64,000 nt of DNA from Myxococcales bacterium (lineage in GTDB: Bacteria > Myxococcota_A > UBA9042 > JABWCM01 > BTVJ01): NCBI GenBank assembly GCA_045863395.1, contig BTVJ01000021.1:1-64000 (forward strand), given 5' to 3'. Numbering within the stretch: the first letter of the stretch is position 1; every line of letters begins with the position of its first letter. The notes beneath the pieces are model-generated. The model was not told the DNA's origin, searched no databases, and worked only from the letters and a program-made list of their open reading frames with translations. The position numbers and the translations under genes are program-made. This document shows, piece by piece, positions 38,297 to 47,219 of the stretch.

Positions 38297-39190
38297 ATGA
38301 GGTGGACGATGGTGCTGGCGCTCGGCGCGACGATGCTCGGGTGCGACGGCGACGACGGTGGGACGAACCCGGGCGCGGACGCGACGGTCGCGGACACGGC
38401 GGGGGACGCGGGCGGCAAGGACGTGCAGGCGGGGGACGCAGCGGACGCGGGCGGGGGAGAGGACGGCACACCGGGCAACGACGTCGCGGACACGGCCGGC
38501 GACGACGCGGGAGTGGACGCGGGCCCCTTGGACGGAGGGACCACCGACGGGGGGACGGCGGACGCCGGGCCGGGAGACACGGGACCCGACGACGCCGGGA
38601 CGACCGACGGTGGCGCGGGAGACGCTGGCAGCGACGCAGCGCAGGACGCGGGCCTGCCGGAGGGGTTCGAGATCCGCATCCCCGGCAGCAACGAGATCAC
38701 CTGCCCCGGGGTTGGGGGCGGGACCGAGACCATCGACCAGCCGGACACGGACCACGTCTGCACCTTCGCGCATGGCGGCGGCTTCGGCCAGCTCTACGTC
38801 CAGGCCAGCGCGAGCGGCTGCGCCCCGGGCGGCTTCGGCGGCACACCGATCTACGACGTGGTGGGCGCCTGGATGGCGATGGACGGGAAGGTCGTGTCGC
38901 TGGGTGAGCCTGGCTACGACTGGGGCGGCAACCACCACAACGACTTCATCACGTTCTCGTGGGGAGGCACCAAGTACAAGTACTACCACTCCTCCTTCGG
39001 GTGGGGCTGGCGCGCCTGCCAGCCGCCCGACTGCATGCAGGTGTTGAGCAGCGGGGGAGCGGTGGTGGAGGACGGCTGCACCAAGGATCGCACGCTGCCC
39101 GTGGTGTGCGTCCTCGTGGAGGCGGACGGCACCGTGCCGCCGCTCGTGGACACCTTCGAGCCCTGCGCGGGCGACCCCAACTACCAATGA
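38297..39190 (+). CDS. Lipoprotein of unknown function (Asp/Gly linker + Cys-containing domain)
   Basis: RBS gaggagg; MLGC lipobox; YDWGGNHHND, YYHSSFGWGWRACQPPDC. Confidence 0.75.
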   Translation: MRWTMVLALGATMLGCDGDDGGTNPGADATVADTAGDAGGKDVQAGDAADAGGGEDGTPGNDVADTAGDDAGVDAGPLDGGTTDGGTADAGPGDTGPDDAGTTDGGAGDAGSDAAQDAGLPEGFEIRIPGSNEITCPGVGGGTETIDQPDTDHVCTFAHGGGFGQLYVQASASGCAPGGFGGTPIYDVVGAWMAMDGKVVSLGEPGYDWGGNHHNDFITFSWGGTKYKYYHSSFGWGWRACQPPDCMQVLSSGGAVVEDGCTKDRTLPVVCVLVEADGTVPPLVDTFEPCAGDPNYQ

Positions 39191-39951
39191 TCGCGGTGGT
39201 GAGGGAGCCCGCCCGGTCGCTGGCGGAGTGCGAGCTGTCCTTCATCGACCGGGAGCACGTGGACGCCGCGCTGGCCGCTGCGCAGCACGCCGCCTACCGG
39301 GACGCGCTGGCCGCCTGCGGGTTTGGCGTGCAGTGCCTCCCGGCCCTGGAGGGGCTCCCAGACAGCGTGTTCGTGGAGGACGCCGCGGTGGTGCTCGACG
39401 AGCTCATCGTGCTGGCCCGGCCGGGAGCGCCGTCGAGGGCGCCGGAGGTGGAGGCCATCGCGCCTCACCTGACATCGCTGGGGCGGGTGGAGCGGCTTCA
39501 GGGTGGGCGCCTCGACGGGGGCGACGTCCTGAGGATCGGCCGGACGCTCTGGGTGGGGCTCTCGGGGCGCACCGACGCAGCCGGCATCGGAGCCCTCCGC
39601 GCCATCGCCGCGCCGCTGGGCTACACCCTGGTGGCGGCGCCCATCCGCGGGTGCCTCCACCTGAAGACCGGCGCCACCGCGGTCAGCGACGACACGGTGA
39701 TCGTGAACCCCGCCTGGGTGGACCCGACCCCGTGGCGCCACCTGCGCGTGGTCGAGGTCCACCCCACGGAGCCCTTCGGCGCCAACGTTCTGCGGGCGGG
39801 GGGCCGGGTGCTCGTCTCCGACGCGGCTCCCCGGACGGCGGACATGCTCGCGGCGCTCGGATTCGAGACGCTGGCGGTGGACATCGGCGAGCTGGAGAAG
39901 GCAGAGGCGGGGCTGACGTGCCTGTCGCTGCTGCTCGATCCCAGGCCGTAG
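39187..39951 (+). CDS. ddaH: N(G),N(G)-dimethylarginine dimethylaminohydrolase (amidinotransferase fold)
   Basis: PDSVFVED, LDGGDVL, LHLKT, ELEKAEAGLTCLS (catalytic Cys); ATGA overlap. Confidence 0.88.
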   Translation: MIAVVREPARSLAECELSFIDREHVDAALAAAQHAAYRDALAACGFGVQCLPALEGLPDSVFVEDAAVVLDELIVLARPGAPSRAPEVEAIAPHLTSLGRVERLQGGRLDGGDVLRIGRTLWVGLSGRTDAAGIGALRAIAAPLGYTLVAAPIRGCLHLKTGATAVSDDTVIVNPAWVDPTPWRHLRVVEVHPTEPFGANVLRAGGRVLVSDAAPRTADMLAALGFETLAVDIGELEKAEAGLTCLSLLLDPRP

Positions 39952-39987
39952 CGCCGTAACGTCCCAGGTCACCGGGCCAGGACGCTC

Positions 39988-42303
39988 CTACCGCGCCCTC
40001 CTTCGCCCTCGGGTGGCGGCGACGACCCAGAGCGCCATGAGCGTCAGCGCGGCCGGCGGCGCGCCGGGGGACGCCGCCCGGCAGCCATCACTGGCGGTGC
40101 CGGAGGGCGCGGCCGCGTCGGTCCCCTGGGCGTCAGGGCCATGCGGGACCACGTCGTCGCCTGCCGTGTCCACCTCGAGGTCGCCTGCGCCCGCATCCGC
40201 GGCGTCGACCCTCGCGCCGACGTCTGGTTCGTCGTGCACCTCAGATACGTCGTCCGTTGCGTCGCCGACGGCGTCCTCGGTGGGGCCCGCGTCCGGCTCC
40301 GGCGGCGCAGGCGGGAGCCACTTCAGGGTGGTCTGGTGGCGCATGGAGCGGCAGTGGGCGCTCAGAACGTTGATGTGGACCGTGGCGCCGGGCTCCAACT
40401 CCAGGTCCGTGACGGTGACCGTCGTGGGCGAGCCGTCCCGCACGGCGTCAGCGACCTCGACGCCGTTGACGATGCTCAGGGAGGCCCCGCCGAACTCCAG
40501 GGGGACCAGCGCGAGCTGAGCCGGCGCGCCGCGCCGCAGGACCACCTCGTGGAGCACGTCGCCCTCCTCCAGCGGGGCGCCGTCGAGCCGCTCCAGCGCC
40601 ATCGTCAGCTCCAGGCCCCCGACCGGCTCCTCGGGCACGGTTGCGACGTAGGAGACCACCAGGGGCACGCGCGCCCCGATGAGGCGCAGCGCGGAGCAGA
40701 CGCCCTGATCGAGACCGAGGGCCTTGGCGACGGTGTCCGCGCCGATGGCCGTCCCCATCCTTGGGAGGCCGGCGGTCAGGGGGACGCTGCGGCCGCAGAC
40801 GTCGAGCCCCCGCTCAGACAGCACCTGGGCGGCGACCTGGGCGCTGCCTGCCGGGAGGACACCGTCCTCCTCCAGGTCCGCGACCGCCTGCTGGACGATG
40901 GCGGCGGCGTCCGCGAAGGTCGGGGCCCCGGCGAGCTGGTGGATCAGCGCCCACGCCACCTCGTCGACGGCGTCCCCCAGGAGGCCCCGCAGCTCCCAGA
41001 GGGCGGTGGAGATCAGCGGGCCATCCAGGTGCGCCTCGCCGATCAGGTCGTCGGGACACCGCGGGGTGCCCTCCAGGTGGCGGACGGACCGCTCCAGGTC
41101 CTCTCCCTTCGACAGGTACGCCATCAGATCCACCTCGCCGGTGATCACGCCCGCCCAGTAGTCGGACATGCCCTCGTTGAGGGCGGTCGGCGCAGAGTGG
41201 AAGCCCTCCGCGTCGATGTTCACCGGGTAGTCCGAGTGCCCGGCGGTGTCGTTGGCGAGATCGAAGAAGGGGTGGCCGATCTCGTGGGCCGCGATGGGCC
41301 CGCTGTAGGCGAAGTCGAGGGCCTCGGTGTGGCCGAACACGGTCACGAAGAGGTCACCCGTGTCCAGGTAGGCGTAGGCGTTGGAGTAGCCCTCGCCCGG
41401 CGACTCCTCGTAGTTGACCAGGACGCTGGCCGGGGCCGCGAGGGCGACGCCGAAGCGCTGCGTGAAGTAGCTCAGGGCCCGCTCGACGTGGTGGTAGGCG
41501 TTGACCTCGGCGAAGGGGTCCGGCGCGTCCCAGGGAGCGGGATCGTAGAGGAAGTCCCCCGCCTCGTCGGCGGCGGCGTGGCGCGTCTTGGCGTAGGCGC
41601 CGTCGGTCCAGGCCGCGCTCCACACGTCGGCGAGGGGGCTCGTCAGCTCCTGGGCGCCGTCGGGGAGGCCGGACAGGGCGACCTCCTCGGGAGCGCCTGC
41701 CAGGGGGTGCAGGGGGTAGACGCGGCCCTGGGCGGTGTGCGAGGCGCGGGAGAGGCGGACCCCTGCGGCGTCGAAGGTGACGCGCCATCGCTCAGGAGGA
41801 GCAGAGGTGGTGGCCGTGGCCACCCAGCGCGCGTGGCCACCCCGAGCGTCAGGGACGATGACGAGCGTGGGATGCAGCGACGCGGCTGGCAGGGCCTCCG
41901 CCATCCGCCGCGCCGCCTCTTCCCGCGACGGAGCGAGCGCCGGATCGAGCACCAGGCCCGTCACGAGGCGCTCGTGGACCAGCGCGGGACGCCCGAGCCG
42001 GTCGAGCCGCACGACGGCGCCCCCACCGCGCACCGGGACGCCGCGATGGAGCTGGGGGAACGCGACCGTCGTCCTGCCCCGCCAGGTGTGGACGCGCGGC
42101 TCCCCGAGGGCGCTCGCCTCGACGCCGAGCGCCCGCAGCGTCGCCCGGGCGTCGGCCATGGGCTCGCCGTGCAGGGGCACCGTGACGGAGGCCGCGGTGG
42201 CGCCGTGGTCACGGAGCACACGCACGGACAGCGGAGGGGGAGGTGCCGGCGCGCAGGCTGCGGCGAGCAACGTGAGGACCAGGGCGATTGCGGAACGGGA
42301 CAC
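39988..42303 (-). CDS. Secreted zinc metallopeptidase (M4/M36-like) with propeptide and MYXO-CTERM-like tail
   Basis: LAAAC; FPQLHRGVPV (FTP propeptide); EVNAYHH, NAY, AHEIGH (HExxH), LNEGMSD, EAHLDG; tail DGC...LMALWVVAATRGRRRAR. Confidence 0.82.
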   Translation of the reverse strand: MSRSAIALVLTLLAAACAPAPPPPLSVRVLRDHGATAASVTVPLHGEPMADARATLRALGVEASALGEPRVHTWRGRTTVAFPQLHRGVPVRGGGAVVRLDRLGRPALVHERLVTGLVLDPALAPSREEAARRMAEALPAASLHPTLVIVPDARGGHARWVATATTSAPPERWRVTFDAAGVRLSRASHTAQGRVYPLHPLAGAPEEVALSGLPDGAQELTSPLADVWSAAWTDGAYAKTRHAAADEAGDFLYDPAPWDAPDPFAEVNAYHHVERALSYFTQRFGVALAAPASVLVNYEESPGEGYSNAYAYLDTGDLFVTVFGHTEALDFAYSGPIAAHEIGHPFFDLANDTAGHSDYPVNIDAEGFHSAPTALNEGMSDYWAGVITGEVDLMAYLSKGEDLERSVRHLEGTPRCPDDLIGEAHLDGPLISTALWELRGLLGDAVDEVAWALIHQLAGAPTFADAAAIVQQAVADLEEDGVLPAGSAQVAAQVLSERGLDVCGRSVPLTAGLPRMGTAIGADTVAKALGLDQGVCSALRLIGARVPLVVSYVATVPEEPVGGLELTMALERLDGAPLEEGDVLHEVVLRRGAPAQLALVPLEFGGASLSIVNGVEVADAVRDGSPTTVTVTDLELEPGATVHINVLSAHCRSMRHQTTLKWLPPAPPEPDAGPTEDAVGDATDDVSEVHDEPDVGARVDAADAGAGDLEVDTAGDDVVPHGPDAQGTDAAAPSGTASDGCRAASPGAPPAALTLMALWVVAATRGRRRAR

Positions 42304-42388
42304 GGCGACCTCCGGGTGCGGGGCGGAGGCGATTGTGCCACGCGGAGGGCAGCGCGCTCCACCCCCGATGTGCGGGCGCACTTGCTGC

Positions 42389-43330
42389 TCAGGGCACGTC
42401 GTGATCCGCAAAGGAGAGGCTCCAGGAGCGCGGATCCTTGACGAGGGCGGGGCAGGCGGCGCCCCAGCGCCCCACGCTGAGGGTCATGGGCTCCGGGTTC
42501 GCCCAGGCGGGGACGGGGAAGAAGCCGGCGCGAGCGAGGGAGCGGCGGCCGGGGGTGCCGCGGAAGGCCAGGGCCGCGGCAGCCCTGCAGCCGTACCGGG
42601 CCGCGCTGTGAAGCATGGCCTCGTGGAGCTGGCCCAGGAGGTGCGGAGGAGCGAGCGCGTCCATGATCAGCGCCACGGGGAGGCGGCGCACCCGCCGCAC
42701 GGCGAACACACCCCACGCGAGGAGGCGCCCTGCGCCCCTCACCTCTGCGACACCGTAGGCAGCACCCGGGCGCCCGTACCGCCAGCGAAGGGTCGCGAGA
42801 TCCGACTGGACCGCGACCCAGCCCAGGTCGTGACTCAGGAGGCCGGTCACGTCGCTCGGGGGTGCGACGGGCGCGGGACCGTGAACCTGGCGCGCGAGCG
42901 GCAGCGGCCGCGCCAGCAGGGGAAGGGGCCCCAGAGCCACGCGGCCTTGCCGCGCAAGGACGCCCGGCGTGGAGGCGGGGTTGGAGAAGCCGTAGACGGA
43001 GGCGGGCCCCACGAGTCGCTGGAGGAGGGCGCGCAGCCGCGAGTTGAGGCCCTGGTGGCGCCACCCGTCCGCGGTGGCCGCGTCGATTGACTGCACGCAC
43101 GGCTCGACACGGCGGCCCACCCGGAGGGCTCGGCGTAGTCCCCCGGCATGAGCCACGATGCGCCCCTGGACCTCTGCGATGACGGAGCAGCCGGGCCCCG
43201 CCGGCGTCGCGCGGTAGAGCCACGACCAGGTGCCGGGCGGTCGCGCGACCCCGAACACCGACGCCAGGAACGCATCCACGGCGGGGCCGTCCTCGGGCAT
43301 TGCCTCGCGGAGCGTCGGCTCGGGGGTCAC
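42389..43330 (-). CDS. GNAT-family acyltransferase
   Basis: LREAMPED, WSWLY..TPAG, QSIDAAT...WRHQGL, YGFSNPAS; GTGA overlap with the upstream gene. Confidence 0.75.
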   Translation of the reverse strand: MTPEPTLREAMPEDGPAVDAFLASVFGVARPPGTWSWLYRATPAGPGCSVIAEVQGRIVAHAGGLRRALRVGRRVEPCVQSIDAATADGWRHQGLNSRLRALLQRLVGPASVYGFSNPASTPGVLARQGRVALGPLPLLARPLPLARQVHGPAPVAPPSDVTGLLSHDLGWVAVQSDLATLRWRYGRPGAAYGVAEVRGAGRLLAWGVFAVRRVRRLPVALIMDALAPPHLLGQLHEAMLHSAARYGCRAAAALAFRGTPGRRSLARAGFFPVPAWANPEPMTLSVGRWGAACPALVKDPRSWSLSFADHDVP

Positions 43331-43599
43331 TTCTTGTCGCAGGAGAGGGTCCAGGTGAAGTCCGCCTGCGGAGAGCCGCGCCACGTCACGAACGTGGACT
43401 CGGCCTTCGGGGCGACGTCCTGGGTGACCCCGTCAGCGTTCACGTCGGACCTCACCGTGCAGCGGATGACGTGATCGCACCGGTTCTTCACGTGGACCAG
43501 GTGGTCGTAGCCAGCGACGTAGCGGACCTGCTTCGTGGCCTCGGCGCAGCCATCGGCGTCGCCGGCGATCATCGCGAGCACCAACCAGAGCGTGGCCAT
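43327..43599 (-). CDS. Small secreted Cys-containing protein
   Basis: RBS gaggagg; hydrophobic N-terminus; GYDHLVHVKNRC...CTV..DVN...TWRGSP..F...C. Confidence 0.65.
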   Translation of the reverse strand: MATLWLVLAMIAGDADGCAEATKQVRYVAGYDHLVHVKNRCDHVIRCTVRSDVNADGVTQDVAPKAESTFVTWRGSPQADFTWTLSCDKK

Positions 43600-43685
43600 G
43601 GGGTTCACCTCCTCCCCGACGCTACGCCGCCAGGGCGGCGCGCGCAAGGGTTGTGGGCGTGCCGGGACGCCGCTATCCTCGCGCC

Positions 43686-45617
43686 ATGGACATCAAGACC
43701 ACGTGCAACCGCGACTGCCCCGACGCCTGCGGCATCGTCGCCACGGTGGAGGCCGGGCGCGTCACCAGGCTGCGGGGTGACCCGGCGCATCCGATCACCG
43801 GCGGCTTCCTCTGCTACCGCACCAACCGGTTCCTGGAGCGGCAGTACGCCCCCGAGCGGCTCACGGCGCCCCTCGTCCGGCGCGGCGGCGCGCTCGTAGA
43901 GGCGACCTGGGAGGAGGCGCTCGACCTCGTGGCGTCGACGCTGCTCCGGGTGCGCTCGGCGTCCGGGGGCGCTGCCATCCTCGCGTACCGGAGCGGGGGC
44001 TCCCTGGGGCTCGTCAAGCACTTGACGGAGCACTTCTGGGAGTCCTTCGGGCCGGTCACCGTCAAGTCCGGGGACATCTGCTCAGGCGCGGGCGACGATG
44101 CGCAGCTCACGGACTTCGGCGACGAGGACAGCCACGACCTGCTGGACCTGAACAACTCCCATGGCATCGTGCTCTGGGGAAAGAACGTCCACGCGAGCAG
44201 CGTGCACCTGGTGCCCATCTTGAGAGCGGCGCGAGGGCGCGGGGCCCGCGTGGTGCTCATCGATCCGGTGCGCCACCGCGGCACCGAGCTCGCAGACGCC
44301 TACGTGCAGCCGCGACCGGGCGGCGATCCGGCGCTGGCCCTGGCGGTGGCGCGGGCGCTCTTCGATGCGGGGCGGGCGCGGCTCGATGGCTGCGACCACG
44401 GCGAGGCGTTCAAGGCGCTGTGCTGCTCGCGGACCGTGGAGGAGTGGGCCGCCGTCGCCGGCGTGACCGGGGACGAGGCCGCCCTCGTCGCGGCCACCCT
44501 GGCGGACGGCCCCACGAACATTCAAGTGGGCTGGGGCCTCGGGCGACGGCGCAACGGCTCGGCGGCCGTGCGGCTCATCGACGCCCTCGGCGCCATCTCG
44601 GGCAACCTGGGGGTGCCGGGCGGTGGTGTCTCCTTCTACTACAAGCGGCGCGGCGCCTTCGACACGTCGTTCATCCACTCGAGCCCGCCGCGGCGCCTGC
44701 CCGAGGCGCTGCTCGGGGAGGCGATCCTCGCCGCCCGCGACCCGGAGGTGCGGGTCGCCTTCATCACGGCCGCCAACCCCGTCGCCATGCTGCCAGACTC
44801 GGAGACGGTCGCCCACGCCCTGCGCACCCGGGAGCTGACGGTGGTGGTGGACGCCTTCCTGACGGACACGGCCCGGTGCGCCCACGTCGTGCTCCCCACC
44901 ACCACCATGCTGGAGGACACGGACCTGGTGGGCGCCTACGGTCACCACTGGATCGGCGCGGTGGAGCCGGTGGTGGCCCCACCACCGGGAGTGCTCACCG
45001 ACTACGAGATCATCCAGGCGCTGGCGCGACGAACGGGAGTGGCGGGCTTCGACGAGCCGGTGGATAGCTGGCGCCGGCGGCTGCTCTCGAGGGTGGAGAG
45101 TCACGGGGTCACGCTCGAGCGACTCCAGAGGGGGGCGGTCCGCAGCCCCCTCGCGCCCACCGTGTTGTTCGACGGTGGGGTGGCGACGGAGAGCGGCCGC
45201 GTCAACCTGATCCACGCGGTCGATCCGACTCCGCCAGCCGTGACGGCCGAGCGCCCCATGCTGCTGATGGCGCTCTCCACGGATCGGGCGCAGGCGTCGC
45301 AGTGGCCGGCCCACACGCAAGATTCGCCACCGGTCGCCCGCGTGCACCCGGACAACGCGGTGGTGCCCCACGGGGCCCAGGCGTGGCTGGAGTCGGAGGT
45401 GGGGCGCATGGCGGTGGTGGTGCACCACGACCCGGGGCAGCGGCGGGACGTGGCCATCGTGCCGAAGGGCGGGTGGCACCACCGGGGGCGCAGCGCCAAC
45501 GCCCTGATCCGGGGTGAGCTCACGGACGCGGGCGGGGGAGCGGCCTACTACGACACCCCGGTGCGCATCCTGCCCATGGACGCGAGGGATTCGGGCACCA
45601 GCGGCGCCACGATCTGA
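43686..45617 (+). CDS. Molybdopterin-dependent oxidoreductase (DMSO reductase superfamily, cytoplasmic)
   Basis: TCNRDCPDACG...GFLC Fe-S motif; ERLTAPL, WEEALD, VVVDAFLTDTARCAHVVLP; no Tat signal. Confidence 0.9.
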   Translation: MDIKTTCNRDCPDACGIVATVEAGRVTRLRGDPAHPITGGFLCYRTNRFLERQYAPERLTAPLVRRGGALVEATWEEALDLVASTLLRVRSASGGAAILAYRSGGSLGLVKHLTEHFWESFGPVTVKSGDICSGAGDDAQLTDFGDEDSHDLLDLNNSHGIVLWGKNVHASSVHLVPILRAARGRGARVVLIDPVRHRGTELADAYVQPRPGGDPALALAVARALFDAGRARLDGCDHGEAFKALCCSRTVEEWAAVAGVTGDEAALVAATLADGPTNIQVGWGLGRRRNGSAAVRLIDALGAISGNLGVPGGGVSFYYKRRGAFDTSFIHSSPPRRLPEALLGEAILAARDPEVRVAFITAANPVAMLPDSETVAHALRTRELTVVVDAFLTDTARCAHVVLPTTTMLEDTDLVGAYGHHWIGAVEPVVAPPPGVLTDYEIIQALARRTGVAGFDEPVDSWRRRLLSRVESHGVTLERLQRGAVRSPLAPTVLFDGGVATESGRVNLIHAVDPTPPAVTAERPMLLMALSTDRAQASQWPAHTQDSPPVARVHPDNAVVPHGAQAWLESEVGRMAVVVHHDPGQRRDVAIVPKGGWHHRGRSANALIRGELTDAGGGAAYYDTPVRILPMDARDSGTSGATI

Positions 45618-46336
45618 CCCACGTAGCTCCGGGGGGTCGGCTCGTCGATGCCGAAGCGCACCGGGGCCAAGCCGCGGGGATCGTGGAAGGTCCCGAAGGC
45701 CAGGTCCATCAGCGGGCTCAGATTGGCGAAGTTGGCGCGCTGCCCGACCTCCACCTCGTGATGCCAGTTGTGGAGCCGGGGCGAGCCCACGAGCTTCTCC
45801 AGGGGGCCGAGCCGCAGCGACACGTTGGAGTGGATGAAGAGGCCCCACAGCCCGCGGAAGGCGACGAAGCCTGCGATGTGCTCCAGGGGGAAGCCGAGCA
45901 GGAAGGCGGGCAGGTTCTCCACGAGCCGCGTCAGGAAGCCGTCCACCGGGTGCTCCCGATAAGCAGCGAGCCAGTCCAGGTGCTCCGTCGTGTGGTGGAC
46001 ACGGTGGAAGCGCCAGAGCAGGGGGACGGCGTGGCTCGCGCGGTGAAACCAGTAGACCGACAGGTCGCAGAGCGCGATGGCCAGCGCGACGCGGGCCCAC
46101 AGGGGGAGCTCGCTGGCGGCCTCCCGCAACCCCGAGAGTGGGAGTCCATGGAGCCCCTGCGCTACGAGGACGAGCCCTCCGACGACCAGGCCGTTCCAGA
46201 CCAGCGCCTGCCCCGCGTAGAAGAGGAGGTCCGTCCCCCACTCGGGCCGCAGTGTACGCTGGGCGCGCGCCGGGAAGGACCGCTCCAGGCCCCAGAAGAT
46301 CGCGGCCATGGCCACGAAGAACACCAGCTCGGTCAC
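45548..46336 (-). CDS. Sterol desaturase / fatty acid hydroxylase family protein
   Basis: YWFHRASH, WRFHRVHH, FIHSN, HNWHH His boxes; overlaps the 3' end of the oxidoreductase by 70 nt. Confidence 0.88.
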   Translation of the reverse strand: MTELVFFVAMAAIFWGLERSFPARAQRTLRPEWGTDLLFYAGQALVWNGLVVGGLVLVAQGLHGLPLSGLREAASELPLWARVALAIALCDLSVYWFHRASHAVPLLWRFHRVHHTTEHLDWLAAYREHPVDGFLTRLVENLPAFLLGFPLEHIAGFVAFRGLWGLFIHSNVSLRLGPLEKLVGSPRLHNWHHEVEVGQRANFANLSPLMDLAFGTFHDPRGLAPVRFGIDEPTPRSYVGQIVAPLVPESLASMGRMRTGVS

Positions 46337-46980
46337 TGCGCCTCCTGGGGCTGCTGCTGCGGCTCGACGAGCGGCGCGAACAGCCCTGGATCCGCGGCCT
46401 TCGACGACGGAATCAGGATACGCGGCGGCGGAGGGTCGTTGGGAGGAGGCGGCAGATCGGTGGGCATCATCGCCTTGGAGGAGTGGAACATCACGGGCGG
46501 CGCCTCGGGACGGGGCCTGAGAGGACGGACCTTGGGGGGCCGAGCGACGTCGGCCGGAGCCTCCGCGGGGGCGACGGCGCCCGGCGCGGCGGGGGCGACG
46601 GCGCCCGCAGCCTCCGCGGGGGCGACGGCGCCCGGTGCGGCGGGGGCGACGGCGCCCGGAGCCTCCGCGGAGCGGTCCGCTTCTACGGCCGGAGCGGTGG
46701 GCTCCGAGCTGGGCGTGTCCGAAGGGGTGGGCGCCTTCACAGGGCCCGCCTTTCCCCGCGCTCCGGCGGGAGGTGCCTCCGCGGGAGCCTGCGCCGCGCC
46801 CGCGGCGGGTGAAGGAGCCTCCCGCGCGGCATCCGGCGCCCCGACGGGGACCGGGTCCGCGTCGGGCGGCACGGCGGAGCGCTGGGTCGCCCAGACGATG
46901 ACGACGAGGGCAGCAACGGCGACGGCGAGCGCAGCAGCCCGGGCGGGCCGCGGCCAGGTGGAGCGGGCGGGCGTTGACAT
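46333..46980 (-). CDS. Single-TM Pro/Ala-rich protein with short tandem repeats
   Basis: RBS ggagg; one TM helix; GAVAPA repeats; MFHSSKA tail; coupled to the desaturase by GTGA. Confidence 0.6.
   Translation of the reverse strand: MSTPARSTWPRPARAAALAVAVAALVVIVWATQRSAVPPDADPVPVGAPDAAREAPSPAAGAAQAPAEAPPAGARGKAGPVKAPTPSDTPSSEPTAPAVEADRSAEAPGAVAPAAPGAVAPAEAAGAVAPAAPGAVAPAEAPADVARPPKVRPLRPRPEAPPVMFHSSKAMMPTDLPPPPNDPPPPRILIPSSKAADPGLFAPLVEPQQQPQEAQ
46555..46670 (-). repeat. Four 24/27-bp tandem units (gggggcgacggcgccc core)
   Basis: Core repeated four times, encoding GAVAPAAP/GAVAPAEA. Confidence 0.85.
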
Positions 46981-47219
46981 CGGGTCCTCCATGGGTGGCG
47001 CCGGCTCGGCGGCGTAGACCTGCGTGGAAGCTCCCATCAACGCACAGGTCGTCGCCGGGATCCACTCTCTGTTGAGCACGGCGGGCCAATTCACGGGCTC
47101 AGCAACACGGATGGGCTCGGACCCCACCCGCAGCCGACCGAGATCGCGACGCATGCTCAGAAAAGAGTCACAGGTAGCCAGCGTCCGGAGTCCTCCCCCC
47201 GGAGCCAGGTTCGGCCCCG

